Source of the DNA: an uncultured Patescibacteria group bacterium
GTDB lineage: Bacteria; Patescibacteriota; Minisyncoccia; Phycocordibacterales; UBA918
Direction of reading: 5' to 3'
NCBI GenBank assembly: GCA_934699595.1
Contig: CAKUWT010000001.1
Coordinates: 289,033-353,032 of the forward strand
Length of the DNA: 64,000 nt
Part shown: piece by piece, positions 1 to 10,036 of the stretch
Position numbering within the stretch: position 1 is the stretch's first letter
Layout: every line of letters starts with the position of its first letter
Program-made: the position numbers and the translations under genes
The notes under the pieces: generated by a model
Database searches by the model: none
Told to the model about the DNA's origin: nothing
What the model saw: only the letters and a program-made list of their open reading frames with translations

Positions 1-348
1 CTCCTCTTCACTACCTAAAATATCCGTCAAGGCTGTTAGAAGTAAGTTACCAAAGTTGTGCCCATTTAAGCCCTCTCCTTTAGCAAAACGATACAAAAAT
101 AATTCTCGCAGTACGTCAGCATGCTCCCCTCTCTCACTCGCCAGTGCTACCAGAGCGTTCCGTACATCACCCACCGGCAAGTAGCCGAACTCATCCCGCA
201 ACCGGCCAGTGGAGCCGCCAGAATCCGCCATGGTGACAACAGCACTAATTTCCAACTGATCGCGATGCTTTTTCAACGCTCGTAACAAAGCATGGATTCC
301 TGTCCCCCCGCCCACAACGACAATATTTTTCTTTTGCTGTATCTGCAT
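1..348 (-). CDS. YvcK/CofD-family protein (UPF0052 gluconeogenesis factor-like). The start codon is at 348 and the gene runs off the window edge.
   Basis: The reverse-complement translation begins MQIQQKKNIVVVGGGTGIHALLRALKK...AVVTMADSGGSTGRLRDEFGYLPVGDVRNALVAL. The Gly-rich loop, the ADxGGSTG motif and the PPGDVRN motif are characteristic of the YvcK/CofD family. This partial ORF is not in the supplied track. Confidence 0.6.
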   Translation of the reverse strand, partial: MQIQQKKNIVVVGGGTGIHALLRALKKHRDQLEISAVVTMADSGGSTGRLRDEFGYLPVGDVRNALVALASERGEHADVLRELFLYRFAKGEGLNGHNFGNLLLTALTDILGSEEE

Positions 349-470
349 AATCTAGCTTTTAAAATTGGCCCTTAGTATAGCCCGACCTCTTCTAAAATAC
401 CAAAAACGCCCTAGGGTATCACCTCCTAGTAATTTTGCTATAATACGACAGTAAACTCTGCCATAAGAAG

Positions 471-1229
471 ATGTCTATTCCCATTTTTGTTATCAACCTC
501 AAGCGCAGTCCGGAACGGCGAGCTTTCATGGAAAAACAGCTTCAAGAATTAGGATTGAGTAGTGAGTTCCTCGTCGCCACTGATGGCCGAGAGCTTACCT
601 CTACCAAAGTGGAGGAACTTTACGACCAAACCGCTTCCTTAAAATATCTTAAGCAACCACTCTCCACCAACGAAGTGGCTTGTGCCGATTCTCACCTGCG
701 TATTTATGAGGAAATTATCAAAAGAAACCTACCCTACGCTTTGATACTGGAAGACGACGGGCTGCTTGATTCCAGAATTAAAGACGTTTTGCATGACAAA
801 TTCTTAAAGTCTAGTGATTTTGATTGGCTGCAAATCGGTTACAGCAGCGGCTGGCATTTTTTTACCACCTGGTGGCAAAGTAGCTGGTTGCAGATAAGTC
901 GCCGCCCGCTATTCTTTGCCTATTTCCTTGCCAAGCTACCCTATATATTTCCCCTTAGTCTTTATGAAGAATTACGAAACCGCCTTGATCAAAACCAACC
1001 CCAGATAAGAATATTTGCCCGGCCGCTTTATTTAACTAATGCCTACATCGTCACTAAGGCTGGTGCCGAAAAATTAGTTGCCTGCGGTCGTCCGATTCGC
1101 TTCGCCGCCGACATGCTGCCCAATAAAGCTCGCCTCCAGTCACCTCACTTTAAAATGCGTGGTTTAGTACCTTCTTTAGTGAAGCCTAGTCATTCTTTCC
1201 CTTCCGATATCTGGTCTAAGCCAAACTGA
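471..1229 (+). CDS. glycosyltransferase family 25 (LPS/glycan beta-glycosyltransferase-like)
   Basis: The N-terminus reads IFVINLKRSPERRAFMEKQL, the GT25 signature. A TATAAT at 437-442 lies upstream. Confidence 0.6.
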   Translation: MSIPIFVINLKRSPERRAFMEKQLQELGLSSEFLVATDGRELTSTKVEELYDQTASLKYLKQPLSTNEVACADSHLRIYEEIIKRNLPYALILEDDGLLDSRIKDVLHDKFLKSSDFDWLQIGYSSGWHFFTTWWQSSWLQISRRPLFFAYFLAKLPYIFPLSLYEELRNRLDQNQPQIRIFARPLYLTNAYIVTKAGAEKLVACGRPIRFAADMLPNKARLQSPHFKMRGLVPSLVKPSHSFPSDIWSKPN

Positions 1230-1239
1230 TTCCCAGCGG

Positions 1240-2049
1240 TCACAACCCTGGATAAATCGCCTGCTCCAACCTCTCCGCTGTATAGGTCGCCTCAATCCCC
1301 CTCCCGATATCTAAAGTTTGTACTCCCAGCTGACTGAGTTCGTAAGCCAGCACTTTACTCGCTGGACCAAGAGCCGCTAACACCACCACTTCTTTGATAC
1401 CTATTTTATTCGCCACAACTAGCACGAGCTCTTTTATCTCAGCATACACAGACATGGCTTCCGCCTCAGGCGTCTCAATAAAAGTGACGGCCGTAAAAGG
1501 AAAAGTTTGATTATTTTTTAGCCGGTCGATATTTTGTCGATTAGTAGCAATAATCAACTGCTTAGTCTTTAAATAGCTTTCTAAGTACTTAGCGATATGA
1601 CCAGGATAATAGAAAAAATGAGCATCAAAATAGGTGGCTTTTTTGTTGAAGTAGAGCTGCCAATAAACCTTAGTTGGCAACCAGCAATGCAGCAGGTTAT
1701 CTTGTCGCAGCTGCCTATTAGATTTACTGAGTGGCAACTCCGCCAGTCCGAGCACGTAGTTAGCGGAATCAGCATAACCACTAACCATTCGCTGCAAAGT
1801 CACTGACAAATGCTGATCATATTTCTGGTAACCAATACCACCTCCATTCATAATGTAAATCTCACCATCGCCAAGACGGATTAAAGACTTGCCTTGTCTT
1901 AAAAGATTTTCTAGCTCGGTTAGTTCATGATATTTAATCCTCGGTACATAGTTAGGATTAAAAAAATTTAAACTGTAAACCACTAAAAAGGCAGGGTTAC
2001 GAGTCAAATGAAATAGAAAGAATCGGATTCCTCTGTTTAGATACGACAT
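1240..2049 (-). CDS. DUF1792 (GT-D fold) glycosyltransferase
   Basis: The motif LIRLGDGEI and its surrounding context resemble the GtfC/dGT1 DUF1792 core. A paralog lies at 6238-7092. Confidence 0.5.
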   Translation of the reverse strand: MSYLNRGIRFFLFHLTRNPAFLVVYSLNFFNPNYVPRIKYHELTELENLLRQGKSLIRLGDGEIYIMNGGGIGYQKYDQHLSVTLQRMVSGYADSANYVLGLAELPLSKSNRQLRQDNLLHCWLPTKVYWQLYFNKKATYFDAHFFYYPGHIAKYLESYLKTKQLIIATNRQNIDRLKNNQTFPFTAVTFIETPEAEAMSVYAEIKELVLVVANKIGIKEVVVLAALGPASKVLAYELSQLGVQTLDIGRGIEATYTAERLEQAIYPGL

Positions 2050-2053
2050 AAGA

Positions 2054-2959
2054 TTACAAGTTTAAATAATCGCTTTTCTGTTTGGTGAAAAAATAATTTG
2101 AAGCAGTGTTTACAAAATGCTGACTTTGATAAACTCGCTTTTCCCGCTCGTCGATTGCATAGACATAGTAAGTATCTGATAGCAACTTAATAAAATTAGA
2201 AAAAGTTTCTTCATCCAACAATTCGGCGGTAAAAGAAATATTATATTTCTTCATAGTTTCTTGCATACCAACAAAGACCCTATCTTCAGCACCCTCGACA
2301 TCAATTTTACAAAGTATTTTTGTATTCACGTTAAGATTATGACTAGCCACAACCTCATCAATAGTGACCATCTCGCAAACCAACTCTGTAGCTTCGTCCG
2401 GTTTTGAAAACTTACGACTAAACTCTTTATTTACAGAAGCGACATCCACCCAACCCGATCGAGGGATATAAAGTGTCTCTTGACCAATCTTCTCTCCAAC
2501 CAATTTACCACTGACTATAATATTACCAAAATCATTGAGAGTAATATTTTCCTCTAACATCTCCCTCACTTTGGGTACCGGTTCAAAGGCCAGCACCTCG
2601 GCTTCTTTGTTGGTAGCAGCAATCAAGGTATAGACACCAATATTAGCGCCGACGTCTAGTATTACGTCCGCTTCCTTAATCAGCTGCGACCAAAGTCTCA
2701 GTTGTGTCGGTTCCCAAACGCCAAAAATACCATACCAAAAAATATAAATCTCAATAAAATTATTGTGTGACTGTAGTTTAATTTCTTGACCATTGATAGA
2801 AAAATCTACAACCCCTTGATAATTTAATTTTTCCGCAAAGTGTAAGTAAGGAAACCTAAAGCCGATTGTCCGCAGCAGCCGCTGAACCCAAGCTGGTTTT
2901 AATGGGTAATGAACAACATCAAAGATGATGATAAAAAATTTTTTAATTTTGGGATTCAT
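2054..2959 (-). CDS. FkbM-family SAM-dependent methyltransferase
   Basis: The motif VILDVGANIGVYTLIAA ... AFEP is typical of FkbM-family methyltransferases. Confidence 0.6.
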   Translation of the reverse strand: MNPKIKKFFIIIFDVVHYPLKPAWVQRLLRTIGFRFPYLHFAEKLNYQGVVDFSINGQEIKLQSHNNFIEIYIFWYGIFGVWEPTQLRLWSQLIKEADVILDVGANIGVYTLIAATNKEAEVLAFEPVPKVREMLEENITLNDFGNIIVSGKLVGEKIGQETLYIPRSGWVDVASVNKEFSRKFSKPDEATELVCEMVTIDEVVASHNLNVNTKILCKIDVEGAEDRVFVGMQETMKKYNISFTAELLDEETFSNFIKLLSDTYYVYAIDEREKRVYQSQHFVNTASNYFFTKQKSDYLNL

Positions 2960-2981
2960 ATTTCAATATCGGGGACAGGCA

Positions 2982-3845
2982 CTAACGACAAACAATGTCT
3001 TGCTGCTCGAGATCACTGGATAAAATTTGCTCAACACTCAACTCTTCGTTGGTCTTGGAATCATAAAAACGATAACCTAATGCGGTCAAAAAGCTAATCA
3101 AGTCCTTGGCCTTACCTTGGTAATCAGCCTCATAAATAGAGGGACTAAACTCCATCACAATGACAGGATGAAATTTTTCTAATAAGTGTCGGCCACCACG
3201 GAGCGCCTCCAGCTCTCTGCCTTCCACGTCGATCTTGACCACATCTAACCTACCGAATTGCTCTTGGTAACTATCTAAAGTGGTCACGGCCACTGGTATT
3301 TTAGCGGCCACCCTTTCTTCACTCAGGACAGAGCCTAACCTAGAAGCGCCGATATTGCCGTCGATAATAGATATTTCTGTCTTCTCATTGTGGTCTCCTA
3401 AAGCGTAATTCTCAATCTGCACATTGTCTAAATTATTAAGTTTCAGACTGGATCGCAGCTGAGTAACCAACCATGGAATCGGCTCAAATGCCCACACCTG
3501 ACCTTTTTCATTTAAATAACTAGCCGCGAACAAAGTATGGTAGCCAATGTTAGCACCAATATCTAAGAAGGTTCCCTCTCTGGGTAAATATCTTTTAATC
3601 ACGCGACTGATATGTGGCTCCCAGCCACCCTCGTGATAAATCACATAATCTACCCCGGCATTGGCAAAGGGTTCAAGATTGATTTGGTACCGAACATCCT
3701 CAACCAGCATTTCTTTAACGCGATACTTTTTATTTTTAGTAGAAAAGAAACTTTTGACCCGTAATTTTTTACGGTAATTTTTTAACCAACGCAAGACTGG
3801 TTTCGGCAGGATACTTTTTATAAAATTATTTATTTTTACAGACAT
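2982..3845 (-). CDS. FkbM-family SAM-dependent methyltransferase (second copy)
   Basis: The motif FLDIGANIGYHTLFAA ... WAFEP matches the FkbM family. Confidence 0.6.
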   Translation of the reverse strand: MSVKINNFIKSILPKPVLRWLKNYRKKLRVKSFFSTKNKKYRVKEMLVEDVRYQINLEPFANAGVDYVIYHEGGWEPHISRVIKRYLPREGTFLDIGANIGYHTLFAASYLNEKGQVWAFEPIPWLVTQLRSSLKLNNLDNVQIENYALGDHNEKTEISIIDGNIGASRLGSVLSEERVAAKIPVAVTTLDSYQEQFGRLDVVKIDVEGRELEALRGGRHLLEKFHPVIVMEFSPSIYEADYQGKAKDLISFLTALGYRFYDSKTNEELSVEQILSSDLEQQDIVCR

Positions 3846-3848
3846 ATT

Positions 3849-5102
3849 TTAAACTCGATACTTTCTTAACACCCACCAGGCCACCAAGTTCATAATTAAC
3901 GTTCGCGCCCCCAAAGCATACACCAAACCCCACACTCCCCAAAGCGGGATAAACAGCAGGTATAAACCGCACACCAGGAGCGGTTCTGCCATACTATAAA
4001 TATACAACTCTTTGACTTTCTTTTTGGCGGTAAAAATACTCCACACCACCACGTGTGGATTCACTGCAAAAGCAAACATCAAAGCCCCGGACATTAAATA
4101 AGCTCCCGCATAAACTGGCAAAAACCAAGCAAAGATAAATTTAGCTAGCAGTAAATATACAGTACTCAGAAGCAGGGTAAGGACAAGCATTAACCAAAAA
4201 ATCTTCTTTACCACGACCATCGTTTGCTCATTCTCCGTCTGGACAATTCTCGGGAAAAAAGTACCTCCCGCCGCCGAGACCAAGCGACTCACTTCTTGCG
4301 GCAGCACACTCGCAATCCAAAAAGTAGCTAAGGCCGCCGGACCAAAGAAAAAGAACAAGATGAACTTGTCTAGCTGTGAGGTTACTGCCGCAATTAGACT
4401 CATGCTGGTTAAGTGTTTGGCGTAGACAAACATGTGTTTATCTATTGGGGCGTTGACGGGCACTTGCCGTTTGGTGCAATAGTATAAAAATAATCTGACC
4501 ACCAAACTAGCTACCAGATAGGTGATGACTAAAGCTAGAAAGGTAGGCCAAAAGAAAGCGGTGATAATGAGAGCTCCAGCCAACACGGTTCGTTCTAAGA
4601 CTAAGGCTTGGGCATAATTCTTAAACCGCGACACCCCGGTTAAATACGAGCCATATAGACCACTAGCTTCAAGCCACGGGATTAATGCTCCACACACCAA
4701 TAACGCTTTGGCCAAATCGTTATTTGTCTGAACAAAGTAAAAATACCCAGCCGAGCCCCAACAAATTACCGTAGCAATCAGGCCATATTTTACTTTTACG
4801 GCAAATGCCACAGAGTAACTGCCCTCCTGACCGGCCGCGGTCGCCTGCTGCAAGGCACTGGATATACCACCGAGAGCAAAGACCGACACCGTTGCCAGGA
4901 GTGATAAAACAAACCGGTAATTACCCACCACCTCCTCCGTAACCCAGTTGGCAAGCGCTAAGGTGCTAAACAAGGTTACTACCGATACCAATACCTGTCC
5001 GCCCACTGTCCATAAGGAGTAGCTCCATTCTGGCTTGGAACGCAGGATAACCAACTGTGTTTTCAGATTGTCTTTGGTAAGAAGTTTTTTTAGCGAGAGC
5101 AT
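3849..5102 (-). CDS. polysaccharide-biosynthesis flippase (Wzx/MOP-superfamily-like polytopic membrane protein)
   Basis: About 12 hydrophobic helices. It sits in a glycan cluster between methyltransferases and glycosyltransferases. Confidence 0.5.
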   Translation of the reverse strand: MLSLKKLLTKDNLKTQLVILRSKPEWSYSLWTVGGQVLVSVVTLFSTLALANWVTEEVVGNYRFVLSLLATVSVFALGGISSALQQATAAGQEGSYSVAFAVKVKYGLIATVICWGSAGYFYFVQTNNDLAKALLVCGALIPWLEASGLYGSYLTGVSRFKNYAQALVLERTVLAGALIITAFFWPTFLALVITYLVASLVVRLFLYYCTKRQVPVNAPIDKHMFVYAKHLTSMSLIAAVTSQLDKFILFFFFGPAALATFWIASVLPQEVSRLVSAAGGTFFPRIVQTENEQTMVVVKKIFWLMLVLTLLLSTVYLLLAKFIFAWFLPVYAGAYLMSGALMFAFAVNPHVVVWSIFTAKKKVKELYIYSMAEPLLVCGLYLLFIPLWGVWGLVYALGARTLIMNLVAWWVLRKYRV

Positions 5103-5116
5103 ATCAGTCGGACTAA

Positions 5117-6241
5117 TTAGTCTAGTTTAGCAGACTCATCAGTAAAAAGATTGGTGAACTTATCACTCAAGGCAGTGACGGAAAAGTGTCGTACGATTTG
5201 CTGTCGTGCCGCCTGCCCCATCACGGTTAATCGAGCAGAGTCGTAACACTGTCGCAACTTACCTTCCAGATCTGCCACATTTCCAGTGGTGAAAATAAAA
5301 CCAGTCACATTTTCTTCAACATAGACATTCGCCCCCACCGTGTCGCTGGTAATGGTCGGCAGGCCACACGCCATCGCCTCCGGCACCACCATGCCCACTG
5401 CTTCGTTATAGCTGGGCAAAACCAAAACATCATAGTCTTGATAGAGCGCTGGTAATTCCGCCTGACTGACCGCTGGCAAGAAGCTCACCATAGACTCTAA
5501 TCTCCTCTCTTTAATCAAACCAACGATACGATCCTGTCCAGCCTTGTCACGACTCAGCAAGGCTAAGTGAAATAATTTACCCTGATCTCTTAATCTAACC
5601 AACGCGTCCAGTAAATCGACATGTTTTTTATAGGCAGCATACCGAGCGTTCATGACCAAACGCAAGACCTTGTCGGTTTTTCCTTTGCTGTTAACAGCTG
5701 GTTGAAACAGCCCGGTATCGATTGGTGCAGGCATAATTTCCACAACCTTGGTCGGTAACTCTCTTTGCCAAAAATGCTCTCCAGCCTCAGTAGGAACAAT
5801 GATTTTTGTTAGGTACCGCTCACGCTTCTGCAAATAGTACAAAAAAATTCTAAAGACTAACTTCGAGAAATAATTATGCGGCAACCGTTTCGATTCTGAA
5901 AGCAAGTACAATTTGGTCGCCGGGTTTTTTTGCAGATACTTGATCACCTGCCAGAAATACCAGTGATAGAAATCAGACACCACAATCACCTCCGGTTTTT
6001 CTTTAACTAAAATCTTCCCGAGCGCTGGGAGATAAACCGGCACGGTAATTTCCTTTTGCAAAACTTTATTAAATAACCAATCTAAGCCTACTGTAAAGAA
6101 TTTTGTTTTATAAGTCGTCACCCCCACCAAGGACTTACACTTCAAACCAATCTCAATCACTGTTACTGAGTTACCTCTAGCCAGCTTAGTAACTAAGCTG
6201 TCGTACAGATGATAACGATTGATAAAGACAATCTTTTTCAT
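5117..6241 (-). CDS. glycosyltransferase family 4
   Basis: The C-terminal motif EAMACGLPTITSD is the GT4/GT1 E-x7-E region. Confidence 0.6.
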   Translation of the reverse strand: MKKIVFINRYHLYDSLVTKLARGNSVTVIEIGLKCKSLVGVTTYKTKFFTVGLDWLFNKVLQKEITVPVYLPALGKILVKEKPEVIVVSDFYHWYFWQVIKYLQKNPATKLYLLSESKRLPHNYFSKLVFRIFLYYLQKRERYLTKIIVPTEAGEHFWQRELPTKVVEIMPAPIDTGLFQPAVNSKGKTDKVLRLVMNARYAAYKKHVDLLDALVRLRDQGKLFHLALLSRDKAGQDRIVGLIKERRLESMVSFLPAVSQAELPALYQDYDVLVLPSYNEAVGMVVPEAMACGLPTITSDTVGANVYVEENVTGFIFTTGNVADLEGKLRQCYDSARLTVMGQAARQQIVRHFSVTALSDKFTNLFTDESAKLD

Positions 6242-7092
6242 AATGATTTTATTTTTTCCATAGCAAAACGAAAAATGTGACCAGTATCCCAGGCCAGGTA
6301 ATTCCTTTTACTAAGATGTTCTACTATAACACCTGAAGTACAGCCTAAAGAAATCATAAAAAAGGTTTCTTTAGGTACGAGTAATTCCTTGGCAATTAAA
6401 TTATCAATCTGATTAATTATTTCCGACTTTCTCTGAAAAGCATTATGTTTACCGCACTCCAAAAAAATTGTCCTGATACCGATTTTAACGTCACCTAACT
6501 TTCCTATTCCCCCAGTCATAATCACTACCGTTTTATGCTTAAGAAAATCACTTAATTTTTGCCAATCCAGATCTGGGTTGATGTGGGGCAAAAAAATTGA
6601 CCAATCTCCATATAATACGTCTTGATGGTTAATCTTACCCAGAATCATTCTGGCCTCGGTATGCATGCTGGAAATAATTTCTGGCTCTAAATTTAACCCC
6701 TCTCTATAAGCCAAATGCCGCTTAGGTGGAATAGCAATCAAAATTTTTTTATTCCTCGAGGTAAGCTGTCTAAGCAAAGTCTTTTTTAATTTAGCCGCGT
6801 AGCGCTGCGACCAATCTGAATCTGGTGGATAAATACCAGCTCCAGTCATCATACCAAATTCACCATCACCAAACCTGATCATCGAACTCTCACTCTCTAT
6901 TAGGTAGGTCAAGGTCTCATTAGCGGTTAACTGCTTAATATTCTTAATGTTTTCAACGTACTGAAAAGAGGATTGCTTATAAATAAAATACCGCTTTAAC
7001 CAAAACCAAATATAAGCTGGATTTGTGGAGAACTGCTTTAATCGTACCAGAGGAAATTTTTTGTAGTGGAGTTCCATATTATTCATGCTCAA
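6238..7092 (-). CDS. DUF1792 (GT-D fold) glycosyltransferase, paralog of 1240-2049
   Basis: The motif MIRFGDGEFGMMTGAGIYPP is shared with the 1240-2049 ORF. Confidence 0.5.
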   Translation of the reverse strand: MSMNNMELHYKKFPLVRLKQFSTNPAYIWFWLKRYFIYKQSSFQYVENIKNIKQLTANETLTYLIESESSMIRFGDGEFGMMTGAGIYPPDSDWSQRYAAKLKKTLLRQLTSRNKKILIAIPPKRHLAYREGLNLEPEIISSMHTEARMILGKINHQDVLYGDWSIFLPHINPDLDWQKLSDFLKHKTVVIMTGGIGKLGDVKIGIRTIFLECGKHNAFQRKSEIINQIDNLIAKELLVPKETFFMISLGCTSGVIVEHLSKRNYLAWDTGHIFRFAMEKIKSL

Positions 7093-8230
7093 TTAAGGTG
7101 TCGATCAAAGCTAATAAAGGAGTAGCTTGTTTTTCTACCGAGAAGAACTGGGCTCGTTCTCTCATTTTAGTTTTACTAAAAGTATTATTTTTAACTTTAT
7201 TCAGAGCAATGCTGAAGTGTTGGTAAAAATTATCTTTACCATTCTCAGTGAAAGACGTCAGCAGATAGCCATAATTATTTCGATATGGATATACCAAAAC
7301 TTTGTCTCTAGTTACATTCATGATTTCTCTCGGGCCATAGGGAACATCAGTCGCAACTAACGGCACCTCTCTAGCCATAGCCTCCAATAAAGAAAGACCG
7401 AAGGATTCACTAGGGGCCAGCGATAAGTAGGCTACGGCTCTATCTAAATAAGGTCGCACATTATCAATCGCACCAAGAAAAACTATTCTCTCCCCTAATC
7501 CAGAAGCTTTAACCTTCTCTTGTAAATCCTTTTCTAAACTACCAGAACCCAGTATTAATAAAGTGCCACTATTTTCTTTAGCATAGCGAATAAAATTACT
7601 AACCAAAATATCTACCCCTTTGATTCTTTCTAATCTTGAAGCGGTAACAAAGACTGGTTCTTGATATTCACCCGAGACAGGGTTCCTTATCGCCGTTAGG
7701 TACGCAGGTGGAATAGAATTATAGACCAGAATTGACCGACCTTTTTCTATCTTCAATTCGCTCTCTAGCTCATCCTTAATACCTTGTGAGACACTGATAA
7801 AACCATCAGCTTTCCGATAGAGCAACTTTATCAGAGTATAATACATCTTGCCTGAGACATTGAGATTCTCATGCACGTACACAATTACTGGGATTTTAAT
7901 CAATCCTAATTTTTTACCAAGCAAAACTAGAACAGCGATACCTTGAGCAGAAACGATTAAGACCTCTGACTTCGTCTTAGAGACGAAGTTCCTTAACTTC
8001 ATTATTCTAGCAACAGATTTGATTGCCTTATGAAGAAGACCTCGGCTCTGACCCTCTTTTAGAGTACTGACATTTTGCCAAAATTTTTGCTCGGCGGGAA
8101 TTTCTCCGTATAGCACAAAAGCATTTACCACTAACTCATTATCATTAAGAAAACTTGATACTTCAGGCACCACTTTCTCGATTCCCCCCACTCCCTCTAA
8201 TTTTGGTTGTACAAAAAGTATTTTTTTCAT
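7079..8230 (-). CDS. glycosyltransferase family 4
   Basis: The motif LLEAMAREVPLVATDVPYGPREI and the GT-B architecture support a GT4 call. Confidence 0.6.
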   Translation of the reverse strand: MKKILFVQPKLEGVGGIEKVVPEVSSFLNDNELVVNAFVLYGEIPAEQKFWQNVSTLKEGQSRGLLHKAIKSVARIMKLRNFVSKTKSEVLIVSAQGIAVLVLLGKKLGLIKIPVIVYVHENLNVSGKMYYTLIKLLYRKADGFISVSQGIKDELESELKIEKGRSILVYNSIPPAYLTAIRNPVSGEYQEPVFVTASRLERIKGVDILVSNFIRYAKENSGTLLILGSGSLEKDLQEKVKASGLGERIVFLGAIDNVRPYLDRAVAYLSLAPSESFGLSLLEAMAREVPLVATDVPYGPREIMNVTRDKVLVYPYRNNYGYLLTSFTENGKDNFYQHFSIALNKVKNNTFSKTKMRERAQFFSVEKQATPLLALIDTLIEHE

Positions 8231-8234
8231 ACTT

Positions 8235-8963
8235 CTAATTTTTCTTTAACCAACTTTTTACTTTCCTAATCACACCTATCAAACCCACCCGACGCAAGAC
8301 CTTCCGTAGACGGCGATATGGTACCCAGCTCTCCGCCCAGTGATTTTTTGTGTAAGCCAAAGATAGTTTTTCTGGTAGACATCGTTCGCCGTCGTCACAA
8401 GGGTTGAAATAGCGGTAATCAAAAACTTTCACCTCGGGGAAATTCTTGGTAGCCAGAACCTCAGTCACAATCATTGGTGAAGTACGCACAGTGTCTTTAG
8501 TAACTCCCCGTTCATATTCTGCCAACATGGCCTTAATGGCCGGGTGTTGCGACACCGCGCCGATCACTCCCGCGGCCGTCACGCCATCTTTAGTTTGTCC
8601 AAAAAAAGCTCGACTGGAAAGTAATGGTGATAGACTCTTTAAAACTTCGGTATCAGTATCCAAATAAATTCCACCATATTCTGCCAAGGCCCAAAAGCGG
8701 ACGTAATCGGAGACGAACGCCCAGCGCTTTTTAGCATACATCGCTCGCACGTAAGGATGATTTATCACCTCACTAGGAATAGTCTCCTCATTCCACAACC
8801 TTAATTCGTAGTCTGGCAAAAACTGTCGCCAGCTGGCCACACACCGTTCGGCTAGCGGCGTAAGCGGCTGACCACCCACCCAGACGTAGTGAATGATTTT
8901 AGGGATCAAAACTTTTTCCTGCTTATTTTCAATAGTCATTGTTATTTTTGATACACCTGCCAA
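8235..8963 (-). CDS. GT32-like glycosyltransferase (DXD sugar-binding region)
   Basis: The motifs IPKIIHYVWVGG ... YLDTDTEV match the Gly_transf_sug / Och1-like pattern. Confidence 0.5.
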   Translation of the reverse strand: MAGVSKITMTIENKQEKVLIPKIIHYVWVGGQPLTPLAERCVASWRQFLPDYELRLWNEETIPSEVINHPYVRAMYAKKRWAFVSDYVRFWALAEYGGIYLDTDTEVLKSLSPLLSSRAFFGQTKDGVTAAGVIGAVSQHPAIKAMLAEYERGVTKDTVRTSPMIVTEVLATKNFPEVKVFDYRYFNPCDDGERCLPEKLSLAYTKNHWAESWVPYRRLRKVLRRVGLIGVIRKVKSWLKKN

Positions 8964-9895
8964 GTATCCTCCACCATCTCCGTCAGGGTTTTCTTTGGCT
9001 GCCAGCCCAGCTCATTCTTGGCTTTAGTGGCATCAGCCACCACGGTATCTGGGTCGCCAGCGCGGCGAGGTGCTTCGTGAGTAATCACTACCTCCCCTGT
9101 CACCAAACTAAAAGTATTAACTAAATCCAGTACTGAATAGCCAGTGCCAGTACCCAGGTTGTAGGTATCACTCTTCTCACTCTCTAGTGCCAGTAAGTGA
9201 GCCTCAGCCAAATCCGCCAAGTGAATGTAGTCACGCACACCAGTACCATCTTTAGTAGTGTAATCATTGCCAAAGACCAGGAAGGGTAACTGCTCCTCTA
9301 CACTCTTGGCCAAAATCGGAAAAACGTTTTGGGCGTTGTCCTCGCGATAACTTAAGCCCGCATCTCCCGCCACGTTAAAGTAGCGCAAGGTAGTGAACTG
9401 CCTGATTTTACCTAGCCTGGCATAGGTCTGAATAGCTTCTTCGGTCATTAACTTGGTGAGACCGTACACACTCATAGGTGAAAGTGGTGAAGCTTCAGTG
9501 AGTGAGTCACCAAGAGGACTGGAGGCATACACGGCTGCCGTGGAGGAAAAAACTAGCTGCGGCACCGAAGCAGCTGACATCGCTTCTAATAAATTAAGCG
9601 AACCAACTACGTTATTATAAAAATATTGAGCCGGATCAGCTTCACTTTCGCCCACGGCTTTTTTGGCAGCGAAGTGCATGACGGCGTCAAAATGATGCTC
9701 GGCAAAAACTTTTTGCAGACAGACACGGTCGGTGAGGTCGCCAGTGATAACCTCAGCGCCAGCCGATACCTTATCTCGCTGACCAGTAGAAAAATTATCC
9801 AGCACCACCGCCTGATGCCCGGCCGCTATCAAAGCCTGCACGCACGCCGAGCCAATGTATCCTGCCCCACCAGTCACCAACACTTTTTTGTTCAT
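8942..9895 (-). CDS. galE: UDP-glucose 4-epimerase
   Basis: The N-terminus reads MNKKVLVTGGAGYIGS. The length, the YxxxK region and the SDR fold fit GalE. Confidence 0.75.
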   Translation of the reverse strand: MNKKVLVTGGAGYIGSACVQALIAAGHQAVVLDNFSTGQRDKVSAGAEVITGDLTDRVCLQKVFAEHHFDAVMHFAAKKAVGESEADPAQYFYNNVVGSLNLLEAMSAASVPQLVFSSTAAVYASSPLGDSLTEASPLSPMSVYGLTKLMTEEAIQTYARLGKIRQFTTLRYFNVAGDAGLSYREDNAQNVFPILAKSVEEQLPFLVFGNDYTTKDGTGVRDYIHLADLAEAHLLALESEKSDTYNLGTGTGYSVLDLVNTFSLVTGEVVITHEAPRRAGDPDTVVADATKAKNELGWQPKKTLTEMVEDTWQVYQK

Positions 9896-10036
9896 AAGTT
9901 CAGCCTATTCTAGCAAACTTTTAACTTGAATAAGTTATATTTGACAGTCCTATATTTTTATCTTCTAGAAGATAAAAGCGCCCGTCTGGTGCTATGGTAG
10001 CTACCAGAAGCAACTCTCTATGAGGAGGAGGAAGAA

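Noticed and set aside
7023-7360. Plus-strand ORFs 7023-7226 and 7127-7360
   Set aside because: They are antisense to the GT4 / DUF1792 genes and have no supporting signals.
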